Source: Collinsella sp. (lineage in GTDB: Bacteria; Actinomycetota; Coriobacteriia; Coriobacteriales; Coriobacteriaceae). From it: a DNA stretch of 64,000 nucleotides. Each line of letters begins with the position of its first letter. The stretch's first letter is position 1. The notes beneath the pieces are model-generated. The model saw only the letters and a program-made list of their open reading frames with translations, ran no database searches and was not told the DNA's origin. The translations under genes were made by a program, and so were the position numbers. Positions 39,202-49,399 of this stretch are shown in pieces. The stretch lies in NCBI GenBank assembly GCA_048323995.1, contig DBFELT010000005.1, positions 1,892 to 65,891 on the forward strand. Reading direction: 5' to 3'.

Positions 39202-40068
39202 ATGGATATCGATAACTTTGAATGGTGGTATAGCGAGGGTGAGGCTCCGGACGAGGGGTGGGACGAGCCCGCGCCGCGTGACGTGTCGAGCGACGAGGAC
39301 GAGACCGGCAACGCCGCCGCCGACTCGGACGCCGCCCTCGACCCCGTCGAGCCCCTGACCTTCGAACAAGCTTGGGCCCAGGCCGAGGCAGACGAGGCCA
39401 AGGCCGACGCTACGGCCACGCTCGGCGAGCCAGCCGACATGTCGATCTCGCCGGCAAAGACCCCGCAGCCGCGCCACACTATCGATCCCGACAGCACGGC
39501 ATCCTTCAGCATTCTCGACGTGCCCTCGCAGGGCGCTCAGGCGCCCGCACCCACACGTCGCCCCAATCTGTCTCGCGAGGAAGATGCAGGACGCCGCTCG
39601 CCGCTCGGCCCCATCCTTATCGCCTTTATGGCCGGCGTTATCGCCTGCTCGGTAATTGGAAACGTCTGGAGCCATGTCGAGCAGCAGCGAAAAGACGCCG
39701 CCAAGGTCGAGATGTCTGTCGAGCAATCGCTCGGCCGCACGCGCTCGGTACATGTGTCGGTCGAGGTCAAGGACGGCGCGACGTGGGACACCGCGCGCGG
39801 CGACAGCCAAATGCTCATCCACATCGTGGGGCGCACGCTCAAAGGGCAGACGATTGACGAGTATCAATACGTCAATTCCGCTGGTGACGGCATCGAGCTC
39901 AAGCCTGGCGACTACGAGCTCACGGTCGATGAACCGCCCGTCGCCACCGACGGCACGCGCTTCCGCGCCTCAAAGCGCATGGTTCCCGTGAACTTTAACT
40001 CACAGGCGCCCGACACGGTCGACACCACACCGCAGGGCGGGTTCGACCTTTACGTAGATACCCAGTAG
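39202..40068 (+). CDS. Hypothetical single-pass membrane protein
   Basis: Acidic disordered N-terminus, one TM segment (LGPILIAFMAGVIAC), beta-rich C-terminus; codon usage typical of the window. Confidence 0.7.
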   Translation: MDIDNFEWWYSEGEAPDEGWDEPAPRDVSSDEDETGNAAADSDAALDPVEPLTFEQAWAQAEADEAKADATATLGEPADMSISPAKTPQPRHTIDPDSTASFSILDVPSQGAQAPAPTRRPNLSREEDAGRRSPLGPILIAFMAGVIACSVIGNVWSHVEQQRKDAAKVEMSVEQSLGRTRSVHVSVEVKDGATWDTARGDSQMLIHIVGRTLKGQTIDEYQYVNSAGDGIELKPGDYELTVDEPPVATDGTRFRASKRMVPVNFNSQAPDTVDTTPQGGFDLYVDTQ

Positions 40069-40181
40069 GCGCTCGCCGCTCATTCCGCTATGGCTACTCA
40101 ATAATCGCCTGCCGTCCCGTCCCACCGCCAAGAGTGGGACAATAGCCCTCGACACTATTGTTTACTTTTGGAGGAAGTAGC

Positions 40182-41075
40182 ATGTCTACCGTCACTACCA
40201 TCAAGCGCGGCGGCCTCACCGCGGCCATCGATTCCATGGGCGCCCAGCTCACGAGCCTTGCTCTCAACGGCAACGAGTATCTGTGGCAGGGCGACCCCGC
40301 CTTTTGGGGTAAGCACGCGCCCATTCTGTTCCCCATCGTGGGCTCACTGCGCAACAACACGGCAACGTCTGCGGCTGGCACCTGCGAGATGCCGCGCCAC
40401 GGCCTCGCGCGCATCGTCGAGCACAAGCTAGTCGAGGTTTCGGAGGACGGCTCCTCGGTAACGTACGAGATCACCGATACGCCCGAGTCGCTCAAGGCCT
40501 TTCCGTTCCACTTTAAGCTCAACATGACCTATGCCCTGACTGGTGACGCCACGCTTACCCAGACCTTTGCCGTCACCAATACCGGCGACGTGGACCTGCC
40601 GTTCTCGGTGGGCGGCCACCCCGCGTTTAACGTACCGGCTCCCGGTGCCGAGGACGAGGCATTCGAGGATTACGAGCTGGCGTTTACCGAGGCTTGGACT
40701 AACGAGGCTCCCATCATCACGCCCGACGGTCTTATGACGTTCGAGGGCAGCTACAAGGCTCCCAATAACTCGGACGTGCTGCCCATCACGCATCGCAGCT
40801 TCGATAACGATGCCATCATGTTCACCGATACCCCGGGCTCCACGCTTACGCTGCGCGGTCGCAAGTCGGGCCACGGCGTCAAGATCGACTTTGAGGGCTT
40901 TAAGTACATTGGCGTGTGGTCTGCCGCCAACGACGCTCCGTTTGTGGCGCTCGAGCCCTGGACCGGTCACACCACCATGGACACCGAGGACGATGTCTTT
41001 GAGCACAAGGCCAACACCATCACCCTGGCCCCCGGCGCTACCGATAAACGCAGCTTTAGCGTCACCTTGCTCTAG
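40182..41075 (+). CDS. Aldose 1-epimerase family protein (LacX-like)
   Basis: EYLWQGDPAFWGKHAPILFPIVG, HG, GGHPAFN, FVALEPW. Confidence 0.9.
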   Translation: MSTVTTIKRGGLTAAIDSMGAQLTSLALNGNEYLWQGDPAFWGKHAPILFPIVGSLRNNTATSAAGTCEMPRHGLARIVEHKLVEVSEDGSSVTYEITDTPESLKAFPFHFKLNMTYALTGDATLTQTFAVTNTGDVDLPFSVGGHPAFNVPAPGAEDEAFEDYELAFTEAWTNEAPIITPDGLMTFEGSYKAPNNSDVLPITHRSFDNDAIMFTDTPGSTLTLRGRKSGHGVKIDFEGFKYIGVWSAANDAPFVALEPWTGHTTMDTEDDVFEHKANTITLAPGATDKRSFSVTLL

Positions 41076-41076
41076 A

Positions 41077-41240
41077 GGTTCCGCCGCTCGGTCGATGCCG
41101 CGCGCCGTCCAGAGCGATAATTTGTCATTCATAAGGCAAGGCATAGACCTTCTGGTCATGCCTTGCCTTTTTCATGCCACTTGTTCGCTCTGGACGTCGC
41201 TCGCCGGCATTGCCAAAACATCGACGTCCCCAATGACTAC
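41077..41240 (+). repeat. Structured dispersed element, copy with inverted tip
   Basis: Aligns with 62787-62962 and 47048-47211. Confidence 0.8.
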
Positions 41241-41338
41241 CGTGTGTCTATTAATTTTTCGAGCTTGTGCTGCGCCGCTGGTCGCTGGCGTATATCCTGT
41301 TAAGTCGTCAGCATACGATTCAACAGGGAAGGCAGATT

Positions 41339-42265
41339 ATGCATTCTCCCCATCAATGCGGCGCGCATACCCAGCCGATATGCAGCCGTCGCATCTTTTT
41401 GGGTAGCGCTCTCGCTGCGAGCGCTTCTGTCGTCGCCGGCACACTTGCCGGTTGCCAGCGCCCCTCCACGCTGGAAGTAGTTCAGCCCACGACGGGCGGC
41501 GGTCGCGACGACCTGTCCGATTCCGTGATCGGCAAGGACAAGATCCGCGTCGGTATGGAGGCAGCCTACGCCCCGTACAACTGGCAGGTCTCCGAGGCCA
41601 GCGAGTACACCATCCCCATCGACAACGTGCAGGGCGCCTATGCCGATGGCTACGACGTGCAAATCGCCAAGATCGTCTGCAAGGCCCTCGGCGGCGAGCC
41701 CGTTGCCGTCAAACAGAGCTTCTCGGGTCTCATCGATTCGCTCAACAACGGCCAGATCGACCTCATCATCGCCGGTATGAGCGCCACGCCCGAGCGTGAG
41801 GAGTCGGTCGGCTTCTCCGACCCGTACTTCATTGGCTACTTTGGCCTGTTTGTAAAAGAGGGTTCCCCCTACCAAAACGCCACCAAGCTCAGCGACTTTA
41901 GTGGCGCTACGGTCCTTGGCCAAAAGGACACCATGCTCGATACCGTCATCGACGAGATTCCGGGCGTTGTGCACAAAAACCCGGTCGACTCCGTCCCCAC
42001 GGTGTTCTCGAACCTGCTGCAGGGCACCTGTGACGCCGTGACCTACAACACCGAGAACGAGAAGGGCTATATGGCCCAAAACCCGGGCATTGTCCCCATT
42101 CATTTTGCCGAGGGCGAGGGCTTTAAGCAGGAGGTCGCGGCAAACGTCGGCTGCCGCAAGGGCTCGGACAAGCTGCTTAAGCTCATCGACAAGACACTCA
42201 AGGGCATTAGCCAGGAGGAGCGCGACCAAATGTGGGACGCGTGCCTCGATCGTCAGCCGGCATAG
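41339..42265 (+). CDS. Polar amino acid ABC transporter substrate-binding lipoprotein (Tat-like signal)
   Basis: SRRIFLG, LAGC lipobox, VGMEAAYAPYNW, GYDVQIA, AGMSATPER. Confidence 0.88.
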   Translation: MHSPHQCGAHTQPICSRRIFLGSALAASASVVAGTLAGCQRPSTLEVVQPTTGGGRDDLSDSVIGKDKIRVGMEAAYAPYNWQVSEASEYTIPIDNVQGAYADGYDVQIAKIVCKALGGEPVAVKQSFSGLIDSLNNGQIDLIIAGMSATPEREESVGFSDPYFIGYFGLFVKEGSPYQNATKLSDFSGATVLGQKDTMLDTVIDEIPGVVHKNPVDSVPTVFSNLLQGTCDAVTYNTENEKGYMAQNPGIVPIHFAEGEGFKQEVAANVGCRKGSDKLLKLIDKTLKGISQEERDQMWDACLDRQPA

Positions 42266-42274
42266 GGAGGCAGC

Positions 42275-43423
42275 ATGAAAACCATCAATCGTCTGGCCTC
42301 CTTTATCAAGGCCGACCATCGCTATGTATATCTGGGCACGAGCGTTATCGCGGCGCTCGGTCTGGCGTTTAGCCAGCGCAACCCCACGCCGTTGAGCTTC
42401 TTGGTGCCTACGGGCGTCTTCCAGGATTGCCTCTGGGCAATCCTGTGGGCCTGGCTCGTCGCGTCGGCGGCAGCGCTCGTCACCAAGCTCATACACTGGA
42501 GTGACTATCGCGAAAAGTCGCCGTTCGCATCCGAGCGTTTCCGTCGTGGCGCACGCTTAGGCAGCTACGTCGTGGTCGCCATCGCGGCGATCTTTTTCGT
42601 GGACCGCTGCGTCATGTCGTTTATCGACCTGGTGCAGGTGAGCATTGTCTCGGACTCCAACCCCAGCGACTTTTTGTCGAGCCTGGTCTACATGACCTAC
42701 AAGAGCGGGGACTTCTTCATTCGCGGTATCGAGATCACCATCGCGCTTGCCACCTTCGGCACCGTCATCGCATTCTTCCTGGCGCTGCTCTTCGTGTTCC
42801 TGCGCATTCAGACCTTCGATCGCGTGGACAACGACCTGGTACGCTTCTTTAAGAGTATCGGCCGCGGCTTTGCGACCGTCTACTCCACCATCGTGCGCGG
42901 CACGCCCATGATGGTCCAGGGTCTGCTCATCTATTACGCGGGCTTCACCGTTTTGCGCGGCATGGGCTTCGAGACCGCTCAGGCCAACCAGATTTGGAGC
43001 ACCTTCACCGCCGGCCTCGTCACCATCTCGCTCAACTCCACCGCCTACATGATGGAGGTCCTGCGCGGCGGCATCGAGTCTATCGATCCCGGCCAGGCCG
43101 AGGCAGCGCGCTCGCTGGGCCTGTCGCAGTGGCAGGCTATGCGCAAGGTCGTGTTCCCCCAGGGCATTAAAAACGCGATTCCGGCGCTCACCAACGAGCT
43201 CATCATCAACATCAAGGATTCGTCGGTGCTTTCGGTCATCGGCGTGTTTGACCTCATGTACGCCACTACCACCGTCGCCGGCGTGTACTACCGCCAGATG
43301 GAGGTCTACTGCGTGGCGCTCGTGGTCTACCTGATCCTGACGCTCGTGGCGAGCCGCCTGCTCGAGGCCTTTGGCAAAAAGCTCGGCGCCGAGGCTCCGG
43401 TCACGCTGCCCAGCTCCAACTAG
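42275..43423 (+). CDS. Polar amino acid ABC transporter permease
   Basis: [35 protein letters not shown]. Confidence 0.9.
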   Translation: MKTINRLASFIKADHRYVYLGTSVIAALGLAFSQRNPTPLSFLVPTGVFQDCLWAILWAWLVASAAALVTKLIHWSDYREKSPFASERFRRGARLGSYVVVAIAAIFFVDRCVMSFIDLVQVSIVSDSNPSDFLSSLVYMTYKSGDFFIRGIEITIALATFGTVIAFFLALLFVFLRIQTFDRVDNDLVRFFKSIGRGFATVYSTIVRGTPMMVQGLLIYYAGFTVLRGMGFETAQANQIWSTFTAGLVTISLNSTAYMMEVLRGGIESIDPGQAEAARSLGLSQWQAMRKVVFPQGIKNAIPALTNELIINIKDSSVLSVIGVFDLMYATTTVAGVYYRQMEVYCVALVVYLILTLVASRLLEAFGKKLGAEAPVTLPSSN

Positions 43424-43445
43424 GCTTAAGACGAGGAGAATCATC

Positions 43446-44231
43446 ATGGCAGATACCGCCATTACCGGCGTTGCGGCCGCCGCACAGACCAATGAGCCGC
43501 TCATCCGCGTCGAGGGCCTGCGCAAGAGCTTCGGCTCGCTCGAGGTACTCAAGGGCATCGACCTGTCCGTCAATCCCGGCGAGGTCGTCACCATTATCGG
43601 CGCCTCGGGCTCGGGCAAGTCGACCTTCCTGCGCTGCCTCAACCTGCTCGAGACCCCGGACGCGGGCCACATCTGGTTCCACGGCCAGGACCTTACGGCC
43701 GAGCGCTGCAATATCAATAAACTCCGCGAGGACATCGGCATGGTGTTCCAGGGCTTTAACCTGTTCAATAACATGGATGTGCTCGACAACTGCACGCTCG
43801 CGCCCGTCACGCTCAAAAAGATGGGCAAGGCCGAGGCTGAAAAAATTGCGATGGAGCATCTGACGAGCGTGGGACTCGAAAAGTTCGCGCACGCCGCCGT
43901 GGGCCGCCTGTCCGGTGGTCAAAAACAGCGCGTGGCCATCGCTCGTGCCCTATGCATGAATCCGCAGATCATGCTGTTCGACGAGCCGACCTCCGCACTC
44001 GACCCCGAGATCGTGGGAGAGGTGCTCGAGGTCATGCGCAAGCTCGCTGCCGACGGCATGACCATGGTCGTCGTCACGCACGAGATGGCCTTTGCCCGCA
44101 CGGTGTCCGACCGCGTGGTCTTTATGGACAAGGGCGTGGTGCTCGAGGATGCCGCGCCGGCCGAGCTCTTCGGTAACCCCAAGCACCAGCGTACCCGCGA
44201 GTTCCTCTCGCGTTATCTCGAGGACAAATAA
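43446..44231 (+). CDS. Polar amino acid ABC transporter ATP-binding protein (GlnQ-like)
   Basis: [28 protein letters not shown]. Confidence 0.92.
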   Translation: MADTAITGVAAAAQTNEPLIRVEGLRKSFGSLEVLKGIDLSVNPGEVVTIIGASGSGKSTFLRCLNLLETPDAGHIWFHGQDLTAERCNINKLREDIGMVFQGFNLFNNMDVLDNCTLAPVTLKKMGKAEAEKIAMEHLTSVGLEKFAHAAVGRLSGGQKQRVAIARALCMNPQIMLFDEPTSALDPEIVGEVLEVMRKLAADGMTMVVVTHEMAFARTVSDRVVFMDKGVVLEDAAPAELFGNPKHQRTREFLSRYLEDK

Positions 44232-44303
44232 CCGACTGCAGACGCTTATGTGGCAGGGCCGCTCCGGTGGGGCGGCCCTCGTCATCACAATCGAAAGGAT
44301 GTC

Positions 44304-45731
44304 ATGGCCGAGGTTTGGCGCTTCTTTGCGCATGAGGATGATTTTGCCGATTTGGACAAGGCCGGCGCGTGCGAGCGCCTGGGCCGCATGCTGTCGTTTC
44401 CGACCATTTCGAGCATGGATGCCCAGACGGTGGACTGGCAGGCGTTTGCCGACCTGCGCGCCTATATGCAGCAGGCCTGGCCGCGCGTGTTTGCGGCGGG
44501 CGAGGTCGAGCTCATCGACCATTCGCTGCTCGTGACGCTTGCCGGCATCGACCCCGCCCTCAAGCCGGTCATGCTCATGGGCCACATGGACGTGGTTCCC
44601 GTGGTGCCGGGCACCGAGACAGACTGGACGCACAATCCCTTTAGCGGGCACGTGGACGACACCTATATTTGGGGTCGCGGCGCCATCGATATGAAAGACC
44701 AGGTCGCAGGCATCCTGGAGGCCGTTGAGTATGCGCTGGCGCACGGCTGGCAACACGAACGAACCCTGCTGCTGGCCTTTGGCCAGGATGAGGAGACCAC
44801 GCAGTGCGGCGCGGGTGCCATTGGCCGCGTGCTCGAGGAGCGCGGCGTTGAGCTTGAGTACCTGATTGACGAGGGCGACTATCGTATCGTTGAGGCTGCC
44901 GAGTACGGCGCAGGCGAGGGTTGGCTTATGCATGCCGATCTTGCCGAGAAGGGCTATGCCGATATCGTGCTCAGGACGAAGAGCGAGGGCGGGCATTCTT
45001 CCAACCCTTACGGTGGCACGTCGCTCGAAGTGCTCAGCCGCGCTATTGCCGCGATTTGCGATATCGAGTGGCCGGCGCGTGTGACCGATCTGCTTGCCGC
45101 GCAGCTCGTCGAGCTGGGGCTTTATACCGCAGACGAGATTGCTGCCAGCAAGGATGCCATCGTGCGCGACTGCCTTGCCAGCAAAAAGCTGTACCCGCTT
45201 GTGACCACCACCTGTGCGCCCACGCAAATCGAGGGCGGCAGTACCGGTGCCAACGTAATGCCGCAAGATATGTGGGTCAATATCAACTTCCGCATGCTCG
45301 AGGGTACGAGCGTGGCCGATGTCGTGGCCTGCTGCCGCGAGGCCGTTGCCACCGCTGGGCTCGCCGGCCGAGTCGAGGTCGAGCTGGGCCCCGGCAGCTC
45401 CGAGCCCTCGCCGTCCCCGCGCGTGGGCGGTCCGGGGCTCGAGGCCGTCCGCGCCATCGCCGCCCGCTATTTCCGTGATCCCAAGCCGACGGAGGAAAAC
45501 GGATCGTCTGCGGTGGGCCAAGAGCCGATGAGCATCGTGCCCTCGACCGTGATTGGTGCAACCGATGCCGCCAACTACCAGCGCATTTGCTACGAGTGCA
45601 TCCGCTTCTCCGCCTTTGTGGTCGACGATGACGAATGCGACCGCGGCGTCCACGGCACCAACGAGCGCATCACCCGTCGCGCCTACCTCCAAGGCATCCG
45701 CTTCCTCATCGCCCTGCTCCACACGCTCTAG
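44304..45731 (+). CDS. M20 family metallopeptidase/amidohydrolase (CPS1/PM20D1-like)
   Basis: GHMDVVP, WGRGAIDMK, DEE, DEG, GGHSS, GATD, HGTNERI. Confidence 0.87.
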   Translation: MAEVWRFFAHEDDFADLDKAGACERLGRMLSFPTISSMDAQTVDWQAFADLRAYMQQAWPRVFAAGEVELIDHSLLVTLAGIDPALKPVMLMGHMDVVPVVPGTETDWTHNPFSGHVDDTYIWGRGAIDMKDQVAGILEAVEYALAHGWQHERTLLLAFGQDEETTQCGAGAIGRVLEERGVELEYLIDEGDYRIVEAAEYGAGEGWLMHADLAEKGYADIVLRTKSEGGHSSNPYGGTSLEVLSRAIAAICDIEWPARVTDLLAAQLVELGLYTADEIAASKDAIVRDCLASKKLYPLVTTTCAPTQIEGGSTGANVMPQDMWVNINFRMLEGTSVADVVACCREAVATAGLAGRVEVELGPGSSEPSPSPRVGGPGLEAVRAIAARYFRDPKPTEENGSSAVGQEPMSIVPSTVIGATDAANYQRICYECIRFSAFVVDDDECDRGVHGTNERITRRAYLQGIRFLIALLHTL

Positions 45732-45872
45732 CCAAAAAGGAAGCCCTTGGTGCAATGGGGTCAGGTTTGTTTGCACCAATCATTCCGTGCGGGTTATATG
45801 CAGGTTTGCCTGCGCACGCTATCATATATGGGTTAGACCGCAACTATGTACCCCATACGCGAAGGGATGCGC

Positions 45873-45899
45873 ATGTATCTGAAGATCGACATGTTCTAG
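45873..45899 (+). other. Putative leader uORF (MYLKIDMF-UAG) upstream of prfA
   Basis: GAAGGG at 45861-45866, ATG at 45873, TAG at 45897-45899, in frame with prfA. Confidence 0.45.
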
Positions 45900-45980
45900 C
45901 TGGGCTTACCCCCGCAGTGGCGCCGCGCGCCCCATCAACTCTGCCGATTTTCACCTTCACGCACATAAAGGAGTCCCGCC

Positions 45981-47048
45981 ATGCGCGACAAGCTCGAAAA
46001 GATCATTAAGGCCTACGAGGAGCTCGAGAAGAAGCTTTCCGACCCGGCCGTCGCCTCCGATATCAAGGAGTTCACGCGCCTCAACAAGGAGTACGCGCAC
46101 CAGTCCGACCTCATCGCCGCTTCGCGCGAGTACATCGGCGCGCTCGATGACATCGAGGCCGCCAAGGAGATGCTCCGCGACACCACCGACGCGGACGAGA
46201 AGGAAATGCTCCAGATGGACATCTCCGAGAACGAGGAGAAGCTTCCCCAGCTCGAGGAAGACATCAAGTACATGCTCATCCCGAGCGACCCCAACGACGA
46301 CAAGAATACCATCGTCGAGATTCGCTCCGCCGCCGGTGGCGACGAGGCTGCCATCTTTGCCGGCGACCTCTACAAGATGTATCAGCGCTTCTGCGAGTCG
46401 CGCGGCTGGAAGACCACCGTGCTCGACTCCAGCCCCAGCGAGGCCGGCGGCTTTAAGTCCATCGAGTTCAAGGTTGAGGGCGACCGCGTCTACTCCGTCA
46501 TGAAGTTCGAGTCCGGCGTGCACCGCGTCCAGCGCGTTCCCAAGACCGAGTCCCAGGGCCGCATCCAGACCTCTACGGCCACCGTCGCCGTGCTTCCCGA
46601 GGCCGAGGAGATCGACGTCCAGATCAACCAGTCCGACCTGCGCATCGACACCTACTGCGCCTCCGGTCCTGGCGGTCAGTGCGTTAACACCACCTACTCC
46701 GCCGTGCGCATCACCCACCTGCCCACCAACACCGTGGTGCAGTCGCAGGAGCAGCGTTCCCAGATCCAGAACCGCGAGGTCTGCATGCAGATGCTGCGCG
46801 CCCGTCTGTACGAGATGGAACTCGAGAAGCAGCAGGCCGAGCTCGGTGCCGAGCGCCAGAGCCAGATCGGCCACGGCAACCGTTCCGAGAAGATCCGTAC
46901 CTACAACCAGCCCCAGGACCGCGTGACCGATCACCGCATCGGTTTCAACTCCACCTACAACGGCGTCCTTCTGGGCGATCAGCTCGGCACCGTCATCGAG
47001 GCGCTCGCCGCCGCCGAGCGAGCCGAGAAGTTGGCGCAGGCCGTTTAG
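45981..47048 (+). CDS. prfA: Peptide chain release factor 1
   Basis: ESGVHRVQRVPKT (PxT motif), GPGGQ, RSEKIRTYN. Confidence 0.97.
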   Translation: MRDKLEKIIKAYEELEKKLSDPAVASDIKEFTRLNKEYAHQSDLIAASREYIGALDDIEAAKEMLRDTTDADEKEMLQMDISENEEKLPQLEEDIKYMLIPSDPNDDKNTIVEIRSAAGGDEAAIFAGDLYKMYQRFCESRGWKTTVLDSSPSEAGGFKSIEFKVEGDRVYSVMKFESGVHRVQRVPKTESQGRIQTSTATVAVLPEAEEIDVQINQSDLRIDTYCASGPGGQCVNTTYSAVRITHLPTNTVVQSQEQRSQIQNREVCMQMLRARLYEMELEKQQAELGAERQSQIGHGNRSEKIRTYNQPQDRVTDHRIGFNSTYNGVLLGDQLGTVIEALAAAERAEKLAQAV

Positions 47049-47211
47049 GTTCCGCCGTTCTACCGAACGGCGGACCAGCCGACGCTGCGCGGGCCGCATT
47101 TGGACAATCTGACGTTCAACTTCAAGGGCGCGACCAGAAGGTCAGCGCCCTTTCGTTTCACGTCACCTTGTTTCAAATGTGACCCGCTCGCTGTCCGTCC
47201 TCTACCTGCGG
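47048..47211 (+). repeat. Structured dispersed element, divergent complete copy
   Basis: TACC-loop hairpin, gacgctgcgc, gaccagaaggtc tip, gctcgc. Confidence 0.8.
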
Positions 47212-47653
47212 CGTTGCCTTGTTCCGGATGCGGTGGTCATTGGGGACGTTCTTAAATGACTAGGTTGGGCACATTGCTTTGAGATGTTATTCAAACGGCT
47301 TTGATAACCTTTAAGCTGTCTACCTGCTGAAAGTAATCAATGGCGTGCATCTGCTATTGAAAATATTGCTCGAAAAATCGTCCGAGAAGTCGCGGGGTGA
47401 TTTTTACCGCGTTGTTCGTCAAGTGATTTGGCAAGTTCTTGGTTAGATATTGGTCAGTTTTGGGTCAACCTTGCCAAAAGCTTGACGAATGCAAATTTAG
47501 ACGTCAGCGAATGTACACTTTGAGCAAGCCCGGTACAAAAATCTGGGCTGATTCTCGATAATTGCCTTTAATCGTCCCTTGCCAAGCGCTGGCCTCGCGT
47601 ACAATCTGCTCCGACATTCGCGCGCCGCCCGGCGCTTAAGAGGGGAGGGCCCC

Positions 47654-48928
47654 ATGGCAAACGAGATTTGGACCATCAAGCGTTGTCTCGAGTGGACCAA
47701 GGAGTACCTGGCCGAGCGCGGCGAGGAGCACCCCCGTCTTTCTGCCGAGTGGCTGCTCTGCGCTGCCACGGGCCTGGCGCGTATTGACCTATATATGCGT
47801 ATGGACGAGACGCTTAACGCGTCCCAGCTCGAGACCATGCATGCGGCCGTTGTCCGCCGCGCTAAGGGCGAGCCGCTGCAATACATCACGGGCAGCACGC
47901 AGTTTCGCATGATTGACGTCGCGTGCGCCCCCGGCGTGCTCATTCCGCGTCCCGAGACCGAGATGCTCGTCGAGGAAGTCCTCAATTATCTGGATGCCGA
48001 GGTGCTGAGCCCCGAGGCTGCCGCCCGTCAGCGTGTTGAGCTGCCTTGGAACGATGAGGTCGAGGAGGCACGCAAGGCCGAGGCCGCGCTGGCAGACGAA
48101 CGGGCGACCGCCGAGCGCCGCGCCGCTAACCTGACGGCTGCCGATGAGGCGGCGCTAGGCGGCGACGTACTGGGTAGCCGCGCCTATGCCGAGGAACTGG
48201 CCGACCGCGAGGCCGAGGAAGCCGCCGCGCAGGCAGCAGAAGCCGAAGCGGCAGAAGCAGAGGCCATGGAAACCCCCGAGCCCGAGCTCGACGAATACGG
48301 CATCGCCATTGAGGACAACGACCAACAGGCGACTCCCGCGCAAGATGCCGCCGAGGCTAACGTATCTGCCCCAGCCGAGCCCCGCACTGCCCGCGTTCTC
48401 GAGGTCGGCTGCGGCACGGGCTGCATTTCGCTCTCCCTTGCCTGGGAGCGCCGCGGGCACGTTACCTGCACTGCTACCGATATCGAGCCGCGCGCCATCG
48501 ACCTTGCTACCAAAAACCGCGATGCGCTTGGCCTCACGTCCGACGAGGTCGCCTTCAGCCTCACCAACCTGGTGAGTTCCATTCCCCGCGAAGAGTGGGG
48601 CACCTTTGACGTACTCGTCTCCAACCCGCCCTACATCCCCACCGATGTCATGCGCTCGCTGCCGCATGAGGTCAAGGACTTTGAGCCCGATCTGGCGCTC
48701 GAGGGCGGTGCCGACGGTCTCGATATCTTCCGCCGCCTGCTCAACGCGGCGCCCTACATGCTGCGTGCCGGCGGCCTGTTTGCCTGCGAGCTCTACGAGG
48801 GCGCGCTCGACGCCGCGGCCGAGCTCTGTCGCCAGGCAGGCCTTTCGGACGTGCGTATCGTCCACGACCTCACCGATCGTCCCCGCATCGTTCGAGCCAT
48901 CGTCACCGAGCCCAAACAGCGTATTTAA
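47654..48928 (+). CDS. prmC: Release factor glutamine methyltransferase with a large acidic insertion
   Basis: GEPLQYITG, VLIPRPETE, LEVGCGTG, VSNPPYI, ALEGGADGL. Confidence 0.93.
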   Translation: MANEIWTIKRCLEWTKEYLAERGEEHPRLSAEWLLCAATGLARIDLYMRMDETLNASQLETMHAAVVRRAKGEPLQYITGSTQFRMIDVACAPGVLIPRPETEMLVEEVLNYLDAEVLSPEAAARQRVELPWNDEVEEARKAEAALADERATAERRAANLTAADEAALGGDVLGSRAYAEELADREAEEAAAQAAEAEAAEAEAMETPEPELDEYGIAIEDNDQQATPAQDAAEANVSAPAEPRTARVLEVGCGTGCISLSLAWERRGHVTCTATDIEPRAIDLATKNRDALGLTSDEVAFSLTNLVSSIPREEWGTFDVLVSNPPYIPTDVMRSLPHEVKDFEPDLALEGGADGLDIFRRLLNAAPYMLRAGGLFACELYEGALDAAAELCRQAGLSDVRIVHDLTDRPRIVRAIVTEPKQRI

Positions 48929-49003
48929 GCTGAATAAATAGACATTTGCGCAAGTTTGTCCTTGCAATATACCGTAAAACTTCTACTATAGAAGGAGAAA
49001 GGT

Positions 49004-49399
49004 ATGTCAAATCAGCTGCATCGGTACCGTATCGTGCTTGATTACATTGAACCTTGGCTTGATGAGCAGGATGAAGCTACGCTGAAGCAGATTTATGCAG
49101 ACCTTTTGGTGCTCGAGAAGGAAGGTCCCAGCCTTGGTCGTCCGCTGGTTGACCGCGTAAAGGGCTCGAAGCTTCATCATTTAAAGGAGCTGAGAGTGAC
49201 GTCGTGTGGTGGGCAGGTGATTCGCATCCTCTTCGCCTTTGACCCCAAGCGCCAGGCGGTATTGCTATTGGCGGGTGATAAGTCGCGAGCGGGATCGTCA
49301 AGGGCAAAATGGAACGGTTGGTATGCGATCAACATTCCAAGGGCCGAGCAAATATACCGTCGCCACGTAAGGAGGCTCGATCGAGATGGAACTGCATGA
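49004..49399 (+). CDS. Type II toxin, RelE/HigB (Gp49-like) family
   Basis: GPSLGRPLVDRVKGS, LKELR, IRILFAFDPKRQAVLLLAGDK. Confidence 0.88.
   Translation: MSNQLHRYRIVLDYIEPWLDEQDEATLKQIYADLLVLEKEGPSLGRPLVDRVKGSKLHHLKELRVTSCGGQVIRILFAFDPKRQAVLLLAGDKSRAGSSRAKWNGWYAINIPRAEQIYRRHVRRLDRDGTA

Noticed and set aside
38950..39867. 300-aa N-terminal extension of the MFS ORF
   Set aside because: Overlaps the plus-strand gene 39202-40068 and a REP palindrome; the real start is probably near 38949.
41077..41240. Possible T-box or riboswitch upstream of the amino-acid ABC operon
   Set aside because: No T-box consensus is visible, and the same sequence recurs after unrelated genes, so it is treated as the dispersed element.
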